Shown here in pieces: positions 29,988 through 38,229 of a stretch of DNA of 58,309 nucleotides; positions within the stretch are counted from its first letter, which is position 1, and the number at the start of each line of letters is the position of its first letter. Source of the DNA: a bacterium (GTDB taxonomy: Bacteria > SAR324 > JACQKK01); contig JBGOTW010000001.1 in the NCBI GenBank assembly GCA_041476685.1, positions 1 through 58,309 on the forward strand. The letters run 5' to 3'. The notes under the pieces are model-generated. The model made no database searches. It was not told where the DNA came from and was given only the letters and a program-made list of their open reading frames with translations. The translations under genes were made by a program, and so were the position numbers.

Positions 29988-31037
29988 TCACGGGCCGGAG
30001 CGCCGGCCGGGCGCGCGCGGGGTGCCGGGCTGATTTGCCCCTTGGCCCGCGGGCTGACCGGCCGGAGGGTTGGCCGGCTGACTTGCGGGCTGCCGGGCGA
30101 GGATGCGCTCGGCCTGCTTGACATGAGCCAGGTCGATCATCTGTCCCGCCACGGCCACGGCGCCCGCGCCGCCGGCATGGGCCTTGGCCATCGCCTCGAG
30201 CAGGCCCTGCGCCCAGGCGACTTCTTCCGCGGTGGGGCTGAAGACCTCGTTGGCCAGCTCGATCTGGTCGGGGTGGATGCACCACTTCCCCTCGTAGCCG
30301 AGCGCCTTGGCGCGCCGGGCGGCCGCACGGAAACCGGCGGGGTCCTTGAAGTCCACGTAGGGCCCGTCCAGCGGGCGCAGCTCGTAGGCCCGGCACGCCG
30401 TCGCGAGGCGCGCGAGCGGGTAGTGCCAGACGTCGTTCCAGTGCCGCTCGCGCCGCCCCGCGGCGTCGGGGTCGGTGAGGACGGCGTAGTCGGCGTCCGG
30501 CCCGCCGATGCGCCGGGCACGGTTGCCCATGCTGGCCGCGTAGTCGCCCGGCCCGAAGCTGATCGCCTGCAGCAGCGGGGAGCTGGCGGCGATGGCCTCG
30601 ACCTGGCTCATGCCCAGCGCCGATTCCACCAGGATCTCGATGTGCAGCGGGCGCGCGCGGCCGGTGGCCAGGCTGAGCTGGGCCAGCAGCGTCTCCACGA
30701 ACTGCACGTCCCGCGGGGCGCCGATCTTCGGCACCATCACGCCGTCCAGGCGCGGGCATCCCTCCGCCAGCGCGATCAGGTCCCGGTACGCCCAAGGCGT
30801 GTCCAGCCCGTTGACGCGCACGAGCAAGGTTTTCCCGCCCCAGTCCAGCCCGTTGACGGCGGCAATGGCCCGCAGGCGCGCGGCGTCCTTCTGCTCCGGA
30901 GCGACGGCGTCCTCCAGGTCCAGCATGATCGTGTCGGCGGCGCCGGCGGCGGCCTTGGCGAAGAAGCGCTCCGAGGAGGCGGGCACGGACAGCAGCGAGC
31001 GCTCGGGGCGGAGCTGGGGGGAGGGGGAGGAGGTCAT
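29988..31037 (-). CDS. HpcH/HpaI-CitE family acyl-CoA lyase (malyl-/citramalyl-CoA-lyase-like) with a repetitive C-terminal tail
   Basis: RSLLSVPASSERFFAKAA..IMLDLEDAV, LLVRVNGLDTPW, VMVPKIGAPRDV, ILVESALGM and FGPGDYAASMG are present. The insertion ..GGPDADYAVLTDPDAAGRRERHWNDVWHY.. resembles Mcl-type malyl-CoA lyases. Confidence 0.85.
   Translation of the reverse strand: MTSSPSPQLRPERSLLSVPASSERFFAKAAAGAADTIMLDLEDAVAPEQKDAARLRAIAAVNGLDWGGKTLLVRVNGLDTPWAYRDLIALAEGCPRLDGVMVPKIGAPRDVQFVETLLAQLSLATGRARPLHIEILVESALGMSQVEAIAASSPLLQAISFGPGDYAASMGNRARRIGGPDADYAVLTDPDAAGRRERHWNDVWHYPLARLATACRAYELRPLDGPYVDFKDPAGFRAAARRAKALGYEGKWCIHPDQIELANEVFSPTAEEVAWAQGLLEAMAKAHAGGAGAVAVAGQMIDLAHVKQAERILARQPASQPANPPAGQPAGQGANQPGTPRAPGRRSGP
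30030..30101. repeat. In-frame tandem repeat, 6 x 12 nt, encoding the C-terminal tail LARQ-PASQ-PANP-PAGQ-PAGQ-GANQ of the CitE-like lyase
   Basis: Plus-strand units are ctgatttgcccc / ttggcccgcggg / ctgaccggccgg / agggttggccgg / ctgacttgcggg / ctgccgggcgag. They are in phase with the minus-strand CDS. Confidence 0.8.
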
Positions 31038-31207
31038 GGCTCGGCTGGAATCAGGGCTGGGCGGCGTTCATGGCTGGGCGGATGCGAGTGGTTGAAGGGT
31101 TCCCGTGGTGAGGGACGCTCAGGCGAAGAATGGGCGCGTCGAGCGGCGGAGCCTCCTTGCTGGCCCGCTCAAGGATCGCCGCGAGACTCTCCGGGCACCC
31201 GGCTCGG

Positions 31208-32422
31208 TCACACCACATTGCGCTTGCGCAAGTCCGCCAGCTCTTCCGCGCCCACGCCCAGCTCCGCCAGGATCGCCTCCGTGTGCTGCCCGCGTTCGGG
31301 CGGGGCGCTGCGCAGGGAGGAATTGGTGCGCTCCAGCACCATCGGCTGGCCGACGAGGGTGATCTTGCCGCGCTTCGGATGCGCCACGTCCTGGGCGATG
31401 CCGAGGTGCCGCACCTGCTCGTCGGCGAACATCTCGTCCATCTTGTAGATCGGCCCGCACGGCACGCCCGCCTTGTTGAGCTTGACGATCCAGTCCTTGC
31501 TCGTCCCGCCCTTGAGGGCTTCCTGGATCAGGGCGTTGAGCGCGTCGCGGTTCTGCGAGCGCAGCTTGCCGCTGGCGAAGCGCGGATCGGTGAGCCAGGC
31601 GCTGGCCTCGAGCGCCTTGCAGAAGCGCTCCCAGATCGGCTGGCCCGCGGCGGCGACGTTGATATAGCCGTCCTGCGTCTGGAAGACGCCGGTGGGGATG
31701 CTGGTGGGGTGGTTGTTGCCCGCCTGGGGCGGAACCTCGTGATCCACCAGCCAGCGCGCGGCCTGGAAGTCCAGCATGGCGATCTGGGCCTGCAGGAGCG
31801 ACGTGTGCACCCACTGTCCTTCGCCGGAGACTTCGCGCTCCAATAGCGCCAACAGGATCCCCTGGGCGCAGAAGATGCCCGCCGTCAGGTCCGCGACGGG
31901 AATCCCGACGCGCACGGGGCCCTGTCCGGGCAGCCCGGTGATCCACATCAGGCCGCCCATGCCTTGCGCCACCTGGTCGAAGCCGGGGCGGTCGCGGTAC
32001 GGGCCGTCCTGGCCGAAGCCGCTGATGCTGCCCAGGATGATGCGCGGGTTGACCTGGCGCAGCGAGGCGTAGTCGATCCCCAGCCGGTCCTTCACGTCGG
32101 CGCGGTAGTTCTCCACGACGACGTCGGCGCCCTTGACCAGCCGCATGAACAGGCTCAGCCCCTCCGGCTCCTTCAGGTTGAGCGTGAGGGAGCGCTTGTT
32201 GCGGTGCAGGTTCTGGAAGTCGCCGCCGTCGCGGGGGCCGCCCATCCCCTCACCCACTTCGAGCGCCTCCGGCTGCTCGATCTTGATCACGTCGGCGCCC
32301 CAATCGGCCAGCACCCGCACGCAGGTGGGCCCGGCGCGCACGCGGCACAGGTCGAGCACCTTGAAGCGCGCCAGGGGCAGCTTGTGCGCGGGAACGGTGG
32401 TGGCGTTGGGCGTGGAAGGCAT
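31208..32422 (-). CDS. Class III (CaiB/BaiF-type) CoA-transferase
   Basis: The start is the ATG at 32422. LARFKVLDLCRVRAGPTCVRVLADWGADVIKIEQP, NKRSLTLNLKEPEG and VVENYRADVKDRLGIDY are family-typical. The 215-codon upstream extension in the track ORF is antisense to the Xre gene and is not protein-like. Confidence 0.9.
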   Translation of the reverse strand: MPSTPNATTVPAHKLPLARFKVLDLCRVRAGPTCVRVLADWGADVIKIEQPEALEVGEGMGGPRDGGDFQNLHRNKRSLTLNLKEPEGLSLFMRLVKGADVVVENYRADVKDRLGIDYASLRQVNPRIILGSISGFGQDGPYRDRPGFDQVAQGMGGLMWITGLPGQGPVRVGIPVADLTAGIFCAQGILLALLEREVSGEGQWVHTSLLQAQIAMLDFQAARWLVDHEVPPQAGNNHPTSIPTGVFQTQDGYINVAAAGQPIWERFCKALEASAWLTDPRFASGKLRSQNRDALNALIQEALKGGTSKDWIVKLNKAGVPCGPIYKMDEMFADEQVRHLGIAQDVAHPKRGKITLVGQPMVLERTNSSLRSAPPERGQHTEAILAELGVGAEELADLRKRNVV

Positions 32423-32632
32423 GGGAAGCTCGCTGGCCCGCGGGTGCAGGCGTGGCGCGGCCGGATCGGACGGGGGCGGCCGCAAGGGGGTTCGGATCGC
32501 GGCGCATTCTCCGAACTTTCCGGGGGGATTGCAAACGGCAACACGGGGGCTCGGCAGATGCGATTCTTCCCGCCAGAGATTGTGGTAGCTTGATCGGCAG
32601 AGTATTCCGCACGGTATCAGGGAGCTTCCAAT

Positions 32633-33019
32633 ATGCGTCCGCAATCCAGTCTTTTCGACACCGTACCATCGGCGTTGCCGATGCTCTGGAATGACCAGGG
32701 CAGAGTTCAACTTGAGGAAGTCCGCAAACTGCTGGAATTGTCCAAGCGTGAATTTGCCCGTGCTGCGCAAGCCTCTCAAAAGCAGATGGCGGACGCCCTC
32801 AAGATTCCCAAGGAGATAGAGGAGCGCGTGCGGATATGGGCGCTGGTCCTGGAGGAAGTGGCGCGATTCTTTGATGGCGATGTGAAAAAGACGGCCCTTT
32901 GGTTCAACATTCCCAATCCTCTGCTGGGAGAGTTGTCTCCGCGAGACATGATCTTGTACGGACGGGCCAGGAAGCTCCTGCAAATCGTGCAAAATGAAAT
33001 TGCCGGCGAAGTCCCGTAG
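32633..33019 (+). CDS. Xre-type antitoxin (HTH plus MbcA/ParS/DUF2384-like toxin-binding C-terminal domain)
   Basis: The ATG follows AGGGAG by 8 nt. The HTH-like segment is LSKREFARAAQASQKQMADAL. The C-terminus is TALWFNIPNPLLGELSPRDMILYGRARKLLQIVQNEIAG. The gene lies 6 nt upstream of the RES gene, and local GC is low. Confidence 0.7.
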   Translation: MRPQSSLFDTVPSALPMLWNDQGRVQLEEVRKLLELSKREFARAAQASQKQMADALKIPKEIEERVRIWALVLEEVARFFDGDVKKTALWFNIPNPLLGELSPRDMILYGRARKLLQIVQNEIAGEVP

Positions 33020-33025
33020 GTCCCC

Positions 33026-33934
33026 ATGGCGAGGTCTCGCGGACGCAGACGAAAGAAAGTCCGACAACCGGGCGTTTATCGGTTAAGTCTACCTGACTCT
33101 CAATCGCTAGGGGTCGCGGATGCGAAAGCTTCGGACCTCCGTGCTTTTGTTGCGGCGTACCAAGCCGCACTGGAGAGTCAGCGGATTGAGCATAGGGATG
33201 CTATAGCCCGCAGCCTTCTTGAAGTTTGCCGACCTTTTGTATTCAAGTGCTGGCAGCGCAAAGTCTCCTCCAAGTATTCCCTTTGGCCTCTTTCCGCCCG
33301 AGGGAGCGCAATTTACGGGATTGGTGGCCGGTTCAATGTCGGTCGAATTGATCCGGACCGATACCCGTCTTTCGCTGCCCTTTATCTCGCAGCAGATCAA
33401 GATACCGCGCTTCAAGAAGCACTGGGAGATATCCAGCCGAGGCGCGGTATGACATTTCGAGAATTGGCGCTGAAGAGTGTCGATTCCTATGCAATGTATT
33501 CCTTGAGCGGACAAATCGACTGCGTGCTCGACATCACGGAACCCAGGGCCCTCCAACCATTCATCGAAGTCACGAGGAATTTCCGCGTTCCTAAAAAGAT
33601 TGCTCAATGGGCCAAGACGTTTTCCCAATCTCCTCTTGGTGTCGTTCAATCGGTTGAAGAATTGGAGCAATTTCTCATGCTTTATGACTGGCGAAAGATC
33701 CCGTTGTTGCTGGGCGTCCTAAGCCATTCCCAACAACTCGGTCGAGACGCCCGTGCGGCAGGCATCGAAGCGATTCGATATCTGTCCGTCAAGTCCCACA
33801 AACCCTGCTTGGCCGTCTTCCCCGAAAACTTGGCGCACTCCGATTCCTACGTCGAACTGGACGATCCCACCCCTCCGGAATACCCGGCCCTGATCCGAAG
33901 GCTGGACAGCACATCCTGGTCGAAGCTCGTCTGA
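33026..33934 (+). CDS. RES-domain toxin, unusually long (302 aa) with a basic N-terminal extension
   Basis: The ordered RES landmarks are GGRFNVGR (R), LYLAADQDTALQEAL (E) and IRYLSVKSHKPCLAVFPE (S). Local GC is low. The N-terminus is MARSRGRRRKKVRQ.. Confidence 0.75.
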   Translation: MARSRGRRRKKVRQPGVYRLSLPDSQSLGVADAKASDLRAFVAAYQAALESQRIEHRDAIARSLLEVCRPFVFKCWQRKVSSKYSLWPLSARGSAIYGIGGRFNVGRIDPDRYPSFAALYLAADQDTALQEALGDIQPRRGMTFRELALKSVDSYAMYSLSGQIDCVLDITEPRALQPFIEVTRNFRVPKKIAQWAKTFSQSPLGVVQSVEELEQFLMLYDWRKIPLLLGVLSHSQQLGRDARAAGIEAIRYLSVKSHKPCLAVFPENLAHSDSYVELDDPTPPEYPALIRRLDSTSWSKLV

Positions 33935-33969
33935 CTGCAGCAATTCAACCCAGATAGTGGAGAGGCAGC

Positions 33970-34773
33970 ATGTCCGAATGGAAGAACAATACCGCGCCGG
34001 GCAGCCCTTCACCCAGCAACACCGCGCCGGGCAGCGATCCGAACAGCGTGCTGCGCGGCAAGGTGGCGCTGGTCACCGGCGGCGGACGGGGCATCGGCCG
34101 CGCCATCGCCCTGGCCCTGGCGGCGGAGGGGATGGACGTGGCGGTCAACTACCGCACGCGGGAGGCGGAGGCGCACGAGGTGGCCGAACACATCCGCGCC
34201 CGGGGCCGGGTCGGCGTGGCCTTGCAGGCGGACGTGTCGAAGCAGGCGGAGGTGACGCGCCTCGTCCAGCAGGTGGAAAAGGAGCTGGGTCCGATCGCCG
34301 TGCTCGTCAACAACGCGGGCAGCGCCCTGCCGCAGCCCTGGTCCGAGATCACCGAGCAGGACTGGGACACGGTCGTGGACAACAACCTCAAGTCCGCTTT
34401 CCTCGTCACCCAGGCGGTGCTGCCGGGCCTGGTCGCGCGCCGCTGGGGGCGGGTGATCATGATCTCCTCCGGCGCCGCCCGCACCGGCGGCGTGGTCGGC
34501 GTGCACTACACCTCCGCCAAGGCCGGCATGCACGGCATGACGCGGGCCTACGCGAAGGCGGTCGTCAAGGACGGCGTGACCGTCAATGCCGTGGCGCCCG
34601 CGCTGATCGACACCGAGATGCGCGTGGGCAACCGCGCCCAGCGGGAGCGGATGATCCCCGTGGGGCGGCTGGGCACCAGCGAGGAGTGCGCCGGGGCGGT
34701 GCTCCTCTGCGTGCGCACGCCCTACATGACGGGCCAGGTGATCCACTTGAATGGCGGGCTGTACTTCGGCTGA
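33970..34773 (+). CDS. SDR-family oxidoreductase (FabG-like 3-oxoacyl reductase)
   Basis: LVTGGGRGIGRAIA, NNAG, a YTSAKAG catalytic Tyr-x3-Lys, and GQVIHLNGG. Confidence 0.9.
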   Translation: MSEWKNNTAPGSPSPSNTAPGSDPNSVLRGKVALVTGGGRGIGRAIALALAAEGMDVAVNYRTREAEAHEVAEHIRARGRVGVALQADVSKQAEVTRLVQQVEKELGPIAVLVNNAGSALPQPWSEITEQDWDTVVDNNLKSAFLVTQAVLPGLVARRWGRVIMISSGAARTGGVVGVHYTSAKAGMHGMTRAYAKAVVKDGVTVNAVAPALIDTEMRVGNRAQRERMIPVGRLGTSEECAGAVLLCVRTPYMTGQVIHLNGGLYFG

Positions 34774-34805
34774 GCGGGAGCCGCAGGGCTGCAGCGCAGC
34801 CGAGC

Positions 34806-34877
34806 GCACGGCACACGCTATCAGCACGGCGCATGCCATCAGCCCAGGGCAAGCCACGCTTACGGCGCAAGCCACAC
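34806..34877. repeat. Intergenic tandem repeat of about 18 nt (2 good and 2 degenerate units)
   Basis: gcacggcacacgctatca / gcacggcgcatgccatca / gcccagggcaagccacgc / ttacggcgcaagccacac, located between the SDR and amidohydrolase genes. Confidence 0.7.
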
Positions 34878-34909
34878 GCCCGTCATCAGGCATGACCCGG
34901 GAGCATGCG

Positions 34910-35827
34910 ATGACCTCAGACGCGCCGGCAGCCGACTTCCCCATCGTGGACGCCCACCAGCACTTCTGGGACCCGGGGCGCTACTACTACCCCTGGTTGC
35001 AGGACCCCAAGCCCGTCCCGTTCCGCTATGGGGACGTCGCGCCGATTCGCCGTCCTTACCTTCCGCCCGACTACCGCGCCGACGCCGGAGCGCATCGGGT
35101 CGTCAAGACCGTGCACGTCGAGGCGGAGTTCGACCCCGGCGATCCGGTGGGCGAGACGCGTTGGCTGGAAGAGGTGGCGGCGAGGCACGGCCTGCCGAGC
35201 GCGTGCGTGGCGCAGGCGCACCTGGACCGGGCGGATGCGGCGGAGGTGCTGGCGGCCCAGGCGGCCCGGCCCCTCGTGCGCGGCATCCGGCATAAGCCCA
35301 GCGCGGCCCTTTCGCCCCGGGAGGCGCGGCGGGGCGCGCCAGGCTCCATGGACGACCCCCGCTGGCGGCACGGCTACGCCCTGCTGGAAAAGCACGGATT
35401 GTCCTTCGACCTGCAGACCCCCTGGTGGCACCTGGACGCGGCCGCCGACCTGGCGCGCGACTTCCCGCGCACGCTGATCCTCCTCAACCACACGGGCCTG
35501 CCGGTGGACCGCAGCGCGGAAGGGCTGGCCGCCTGGCGGGCCGGCCTGGGCCGCGTCGCCGAGTGCCCCAACGTCTGCCTGAAGATCTCCGGCCTGGGCC
35601 AGCGGGGCCGGCCCTGGACGCTGGCGGACAACGGCCCGATAATCCGGGACGCCGTCGCGATCTTCGGCGTCGCGCGCTGCCTGTTCGCGAGCAACTATCC
35701 CGTGGACCGCCTCGTCGACCCGTTCGACAGGATCTACACCGGCTTTCGCGCGGCCGTGGCCGGCCAGACCGTCGCCGACCAGCGCGCCCTGTTCCACGAC
35801 AACGCGCTGCGCCTGTACCGGCTGTAA
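34910..35827 (+). CDS. Amidohydrolase-2 (PF04909-like, metal-dependent hydrolase/decarboxylase) family protein
   Basis: IVDAHQHFWDP is the N-terminal metal motif. HVEAEF, LLNHTGLP and FASNYPVD are also present. An alternative ATG lies at 34892. Confidence 0.8.
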   Translation: MTSDAPAADFPIVDAHQHFWDPGRYYYPWLQDPKPVPFRYGDVAPIRRPYLPPDYRADAGAHRVVKTVHVEAEFDPGDPVGETRWLEEVAARHGLPSACVAQAHLDRADAAEVLAAQAARPLVRGIRHKPSAALSPREARRGAPGSMDDPRWRHGYALLEKHGLSFDLQTPWWHLDAAADLARDFPRTLILLNHTGLPVDRSAEGLAAWRAGLGRVAECPNVCLKISGLGQRGRPWTLADNGPIIRDAVAIFGVARCLFASNYPVDRLVDPFDRIYTGFRAAVAGQTVADQRALFHDNALRLYRL

Positions 35828-36227
35828 GCGCGGAGGATAGTCCCGCACATTGGTTACCCCACTTCCGCCTGTCCGTACGGCGGATGCCGCCCAGCCCCTC
35901 CACCCCAATAATCGCCAACCCGCCGACGTCCGATCTGATCGTGGGTTCCACTTGCTCGGTTTTAAGTCTTATTATTCTTTTTGTATATCAGTGGCTTATC
36001 TACTTCTAAACCAGACTTCCAGGCTTCCCCTATAGGTTTACAAAGAGGCGCCGATACTTCTGATACAACCCGTTTCGTCTCATGAATGGAGAACGAATGA
36101 GCCGCCGTCTTCCGGCGGCGCACTACAGCGCACCCCCTCAGATGCTCGGTCACCAGCGGCTGGGCGCGCGAGCACTCCTGCAGCGGGACTTGGCGTCGCG
36201 GCGCGAATCACGGTGGGAGAACCGCTT

Positions 36228-37895
36228 ATGATGTCCACTGTGGAAGCCTTCGCGAGCGTGCGGCGCTCGCTCCTGTGGCTCTCCCTTCTGGCGGGATGCT
36301 TGCTCGCCTCATGCGAGGACAATGGCGTTACCGTCAAAGCCACGGTTCCACCACCTGCGATCAAGTACCTCGCGGCGCCGACGCTCAATCACAATCCGAA
36401 TCCGGACGCTCCTTTAGTGGGAATATTGAATGTGCAGTCGGACAGGCCCACCCGAGTCGTCCTCGACGTGACCGCGGGAACCGACTCCTGGTCCATTCCG
36501 CTGAACGACTACCAGACCCTTCGCAGCGGGCCGGTTGTCGGATTCAGGCCGAACTCGGTGCACACGGTCCGGGTGACGCTGGTAGACCAGTCGGGCACTA
36601 CGGGGAAATACCCCACGAGCTTGAGCTATACGACGGGACCGCTTCCCGCGAATTTTCCTCCCATGTCCGTCGTCGTCTCCGATCCGGCCAAGATGGAGCC
36701 GGGCCTGACGCTGGTGGAGCCCTTTATCGTTCCGACGGGAGACAGCTACCTGGTTGCGCTGGATGGGAGCGGAAACGTAGTTTGGTACTACGCGCCAACG
36801 GTGTCGCTGGGAGGGCGCTTGCTCGACGCGCGGCGGATTTCGAATGGAAATATCACGTTCAACACCGGGAGAGCGTTCCTGGAAATCACGCCAGCCGGCG
36901 ACCAGCTGACCTATCTATACGCCAACGGACCGGCCGGGAGCCCGCTTCCGCCGGCGGGTGCACTCCCGATTGCCATCCCCACATTTCACCACGAAGTATC
37001 TCCAATGCCCTCGGGACATTTCGTGGGGTTGTCCCAGGAAGTGCGAACCTATTTCAACTATCCGGCTTCGCAAACGGACTTGACCCAAACCACTCCCAGC
37101 GCCAGCGTCTTGGGAGATTACATCGTCGAATTTGGCCGGGATGGCGCGATCGTGAATACCTGGAATTTGCTGGACGTATTGGACCCCTATCGCATCGGCT
37201 ATGGCTCTCTCTCTGTGGGTGCGTACGGCGCCAAGGACTGGGGCCACGCCAATTCAGTCGTCTACGACCCGAATTCCGACGCATTCATCGTCTCCGTGCG
37301 CCACCAGGATGTGGTGATCAAGTTCAAGCGAAACCTGGCCAGCCACGGCAATCCGTCGGACCTGGTCTGGATGCTGGGAGATCCGCAAGGCTGGGGACCC
37401 ACCTGGCAGCGCTACCTGCTCAAGCCCGCCAATTTCTCCCTCTGGCCGTATCATCAGCATGCCGCGATGGTCATGGCCAATGGCGACATTCTGCTTCATG
37501 ACAATGGAAATTTCAGGGCGGAGCCCCCGAGCATGCCGACTCCCGACAATGCGAACTTCAGCGGCGCAGTGCAATTCCGAGTTGACGAGACGAAATTGCG
37601 GGTGACCCAAATGTGGGAGTACGGTTCGCCCGCCACCGCGCTCGAACGGGTGTATACGTCCGCTCTCGGCGACGCCGACGAATTGCCTCAGACCGGAAAC
37701 GTGCTGATCGACTATGGGCTCATCACCTTCCTTGGGGGTGTGGCTACGAGCAAACAAGTGTCGCGAGTCCTCGAAACCACGAGGACGGGCCAGGTCGTGT
37801 TCCAGCTCAATATCGGGATCAACGATCCCAGTCCGTCCGTTGGACTTGCGGTGCAGAACTACCGCGCCGACCGGGTGCCGACCTTGAATCCTTGA
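36228..37895 (+). CDS. Arylsulfate sulfotransferase (ASST) family beta-propeller protein, predicted lipoprotein
   Basis: The ATG at 36228 lies 7 nt after GGGAGA. The lipobox is LSLLAGC. Segments collinear with E. coli AssT as I recall it: FHHEVSPMPSG, NTWNLLDVLDP, DWGHANSVVYDPNSDAFIVSVRHQDVVIK, PYHQHAAMV, LLHDNGNFR, TQMWEYG and NYRADRV. GC is lower than in the flanks. Confidence 0.85.
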   Translation: MMSTVEAFASVRRSLLWLSLLAGCLLASCEDNGVTVKATVPPPAIKYLAAPTLNHNPNPDAPLVGILNVQSDRPTRVVLDVTAGTDSWSIPLNDYQTLRSGPVVGFRPNSVHTVRVTLVDQSGTTGKYPTSLSYTTGPLPANFPPMSVVVSDPAKMEPGLTLVEPFIVPTGDSYLVALDGSGNVVWYYAPTVSLGGRLLDARRISNGNITFNTGRAFLEITPAGDQLTYLYANGPAGSPLPPAGALPIAIPTFHHEVSPMPSGHFVGLSQEVRTYFNYPASQTDLTQTTPSASVLGDYIVEFGRDGAIVNTWNLLDVLDPYRIGYGSLSVGAYGAKDWGHANSVVYDPNSDAFIVSVRHQDVVIKFKRNLASHGNPSDLVWMLGDPQGWGPTWQRYLLKPANFSLWPYHQHAAMVMANGDILLHDNGNFRAEPPSMPTPDNANFSGAVQFRVDETKLRVTQMWEYGSPATALERVYTSALGDADELPQTGNVLIDYGLITFLGGVATSKQVSRVLETTRTGQVVFQLNIGINDPSPSVGLAVQNYRADRVPTLNP

Positions 37896-38229
37896 GTCGC
37901 GGCCGCGTGGACCCACGTGAATTCCCGTACGGGCGCCTCGCTGAAGCTCCTCCATGCGAGGCCCGCCAAACCATGCGCGGATCCCGGATGGCGCACCGCA
38001 GGGCGCACCGGCTCCAGCCAAGGGCTTGCCCCGCAGCAGCGCGGGGCCCATGCGGACCGGGCGCCGAGCATCCTGGGCGAGCTCTAAACCAAGGGCGAAC
38101 TCGCGCGGGAGCGGTTCAAGCCGCTGCGTCAGCACCTCGATTGAGCCGGCGGGAGCGGTTCGCCCGAGCTTTTCCTCGGCTTCTGCGAGATGATGGACCT
38201 GCCTGCGAGCGTAGCGTAGAGAAAACGGA

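Noticed and set aside
32423-33067. Upstream 215-codon extension of the CoA-transferase ORF (track ORF 31208-33067), antisense to the Xre antitoxin gene.
   Set aside because: The family III CoA-transferase N-terminus (..LARFKVLDLCRVRAGP..) starts just after the ATG at 32422. The extension is antisense to a better-supported gene and is not protein-like.
35941-35965. Possible tRNA 3' fragment (gtgggttccacttgctc) at the left edge of the ASST segment, as an integration-site marker.
   Set aside because: The T-loop consensus and stem complementarity are absent, and no integrase is nearby.
37900-38229. Possible gene or pseudogene in the 330-nt gap after the ASST gene (several 60-80-aa ORFs on both strands).
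   Set aside because: No frame shows recognisable motifs or a convincing start context. I cannot distinguish a decayed gene from spacer without a database search.
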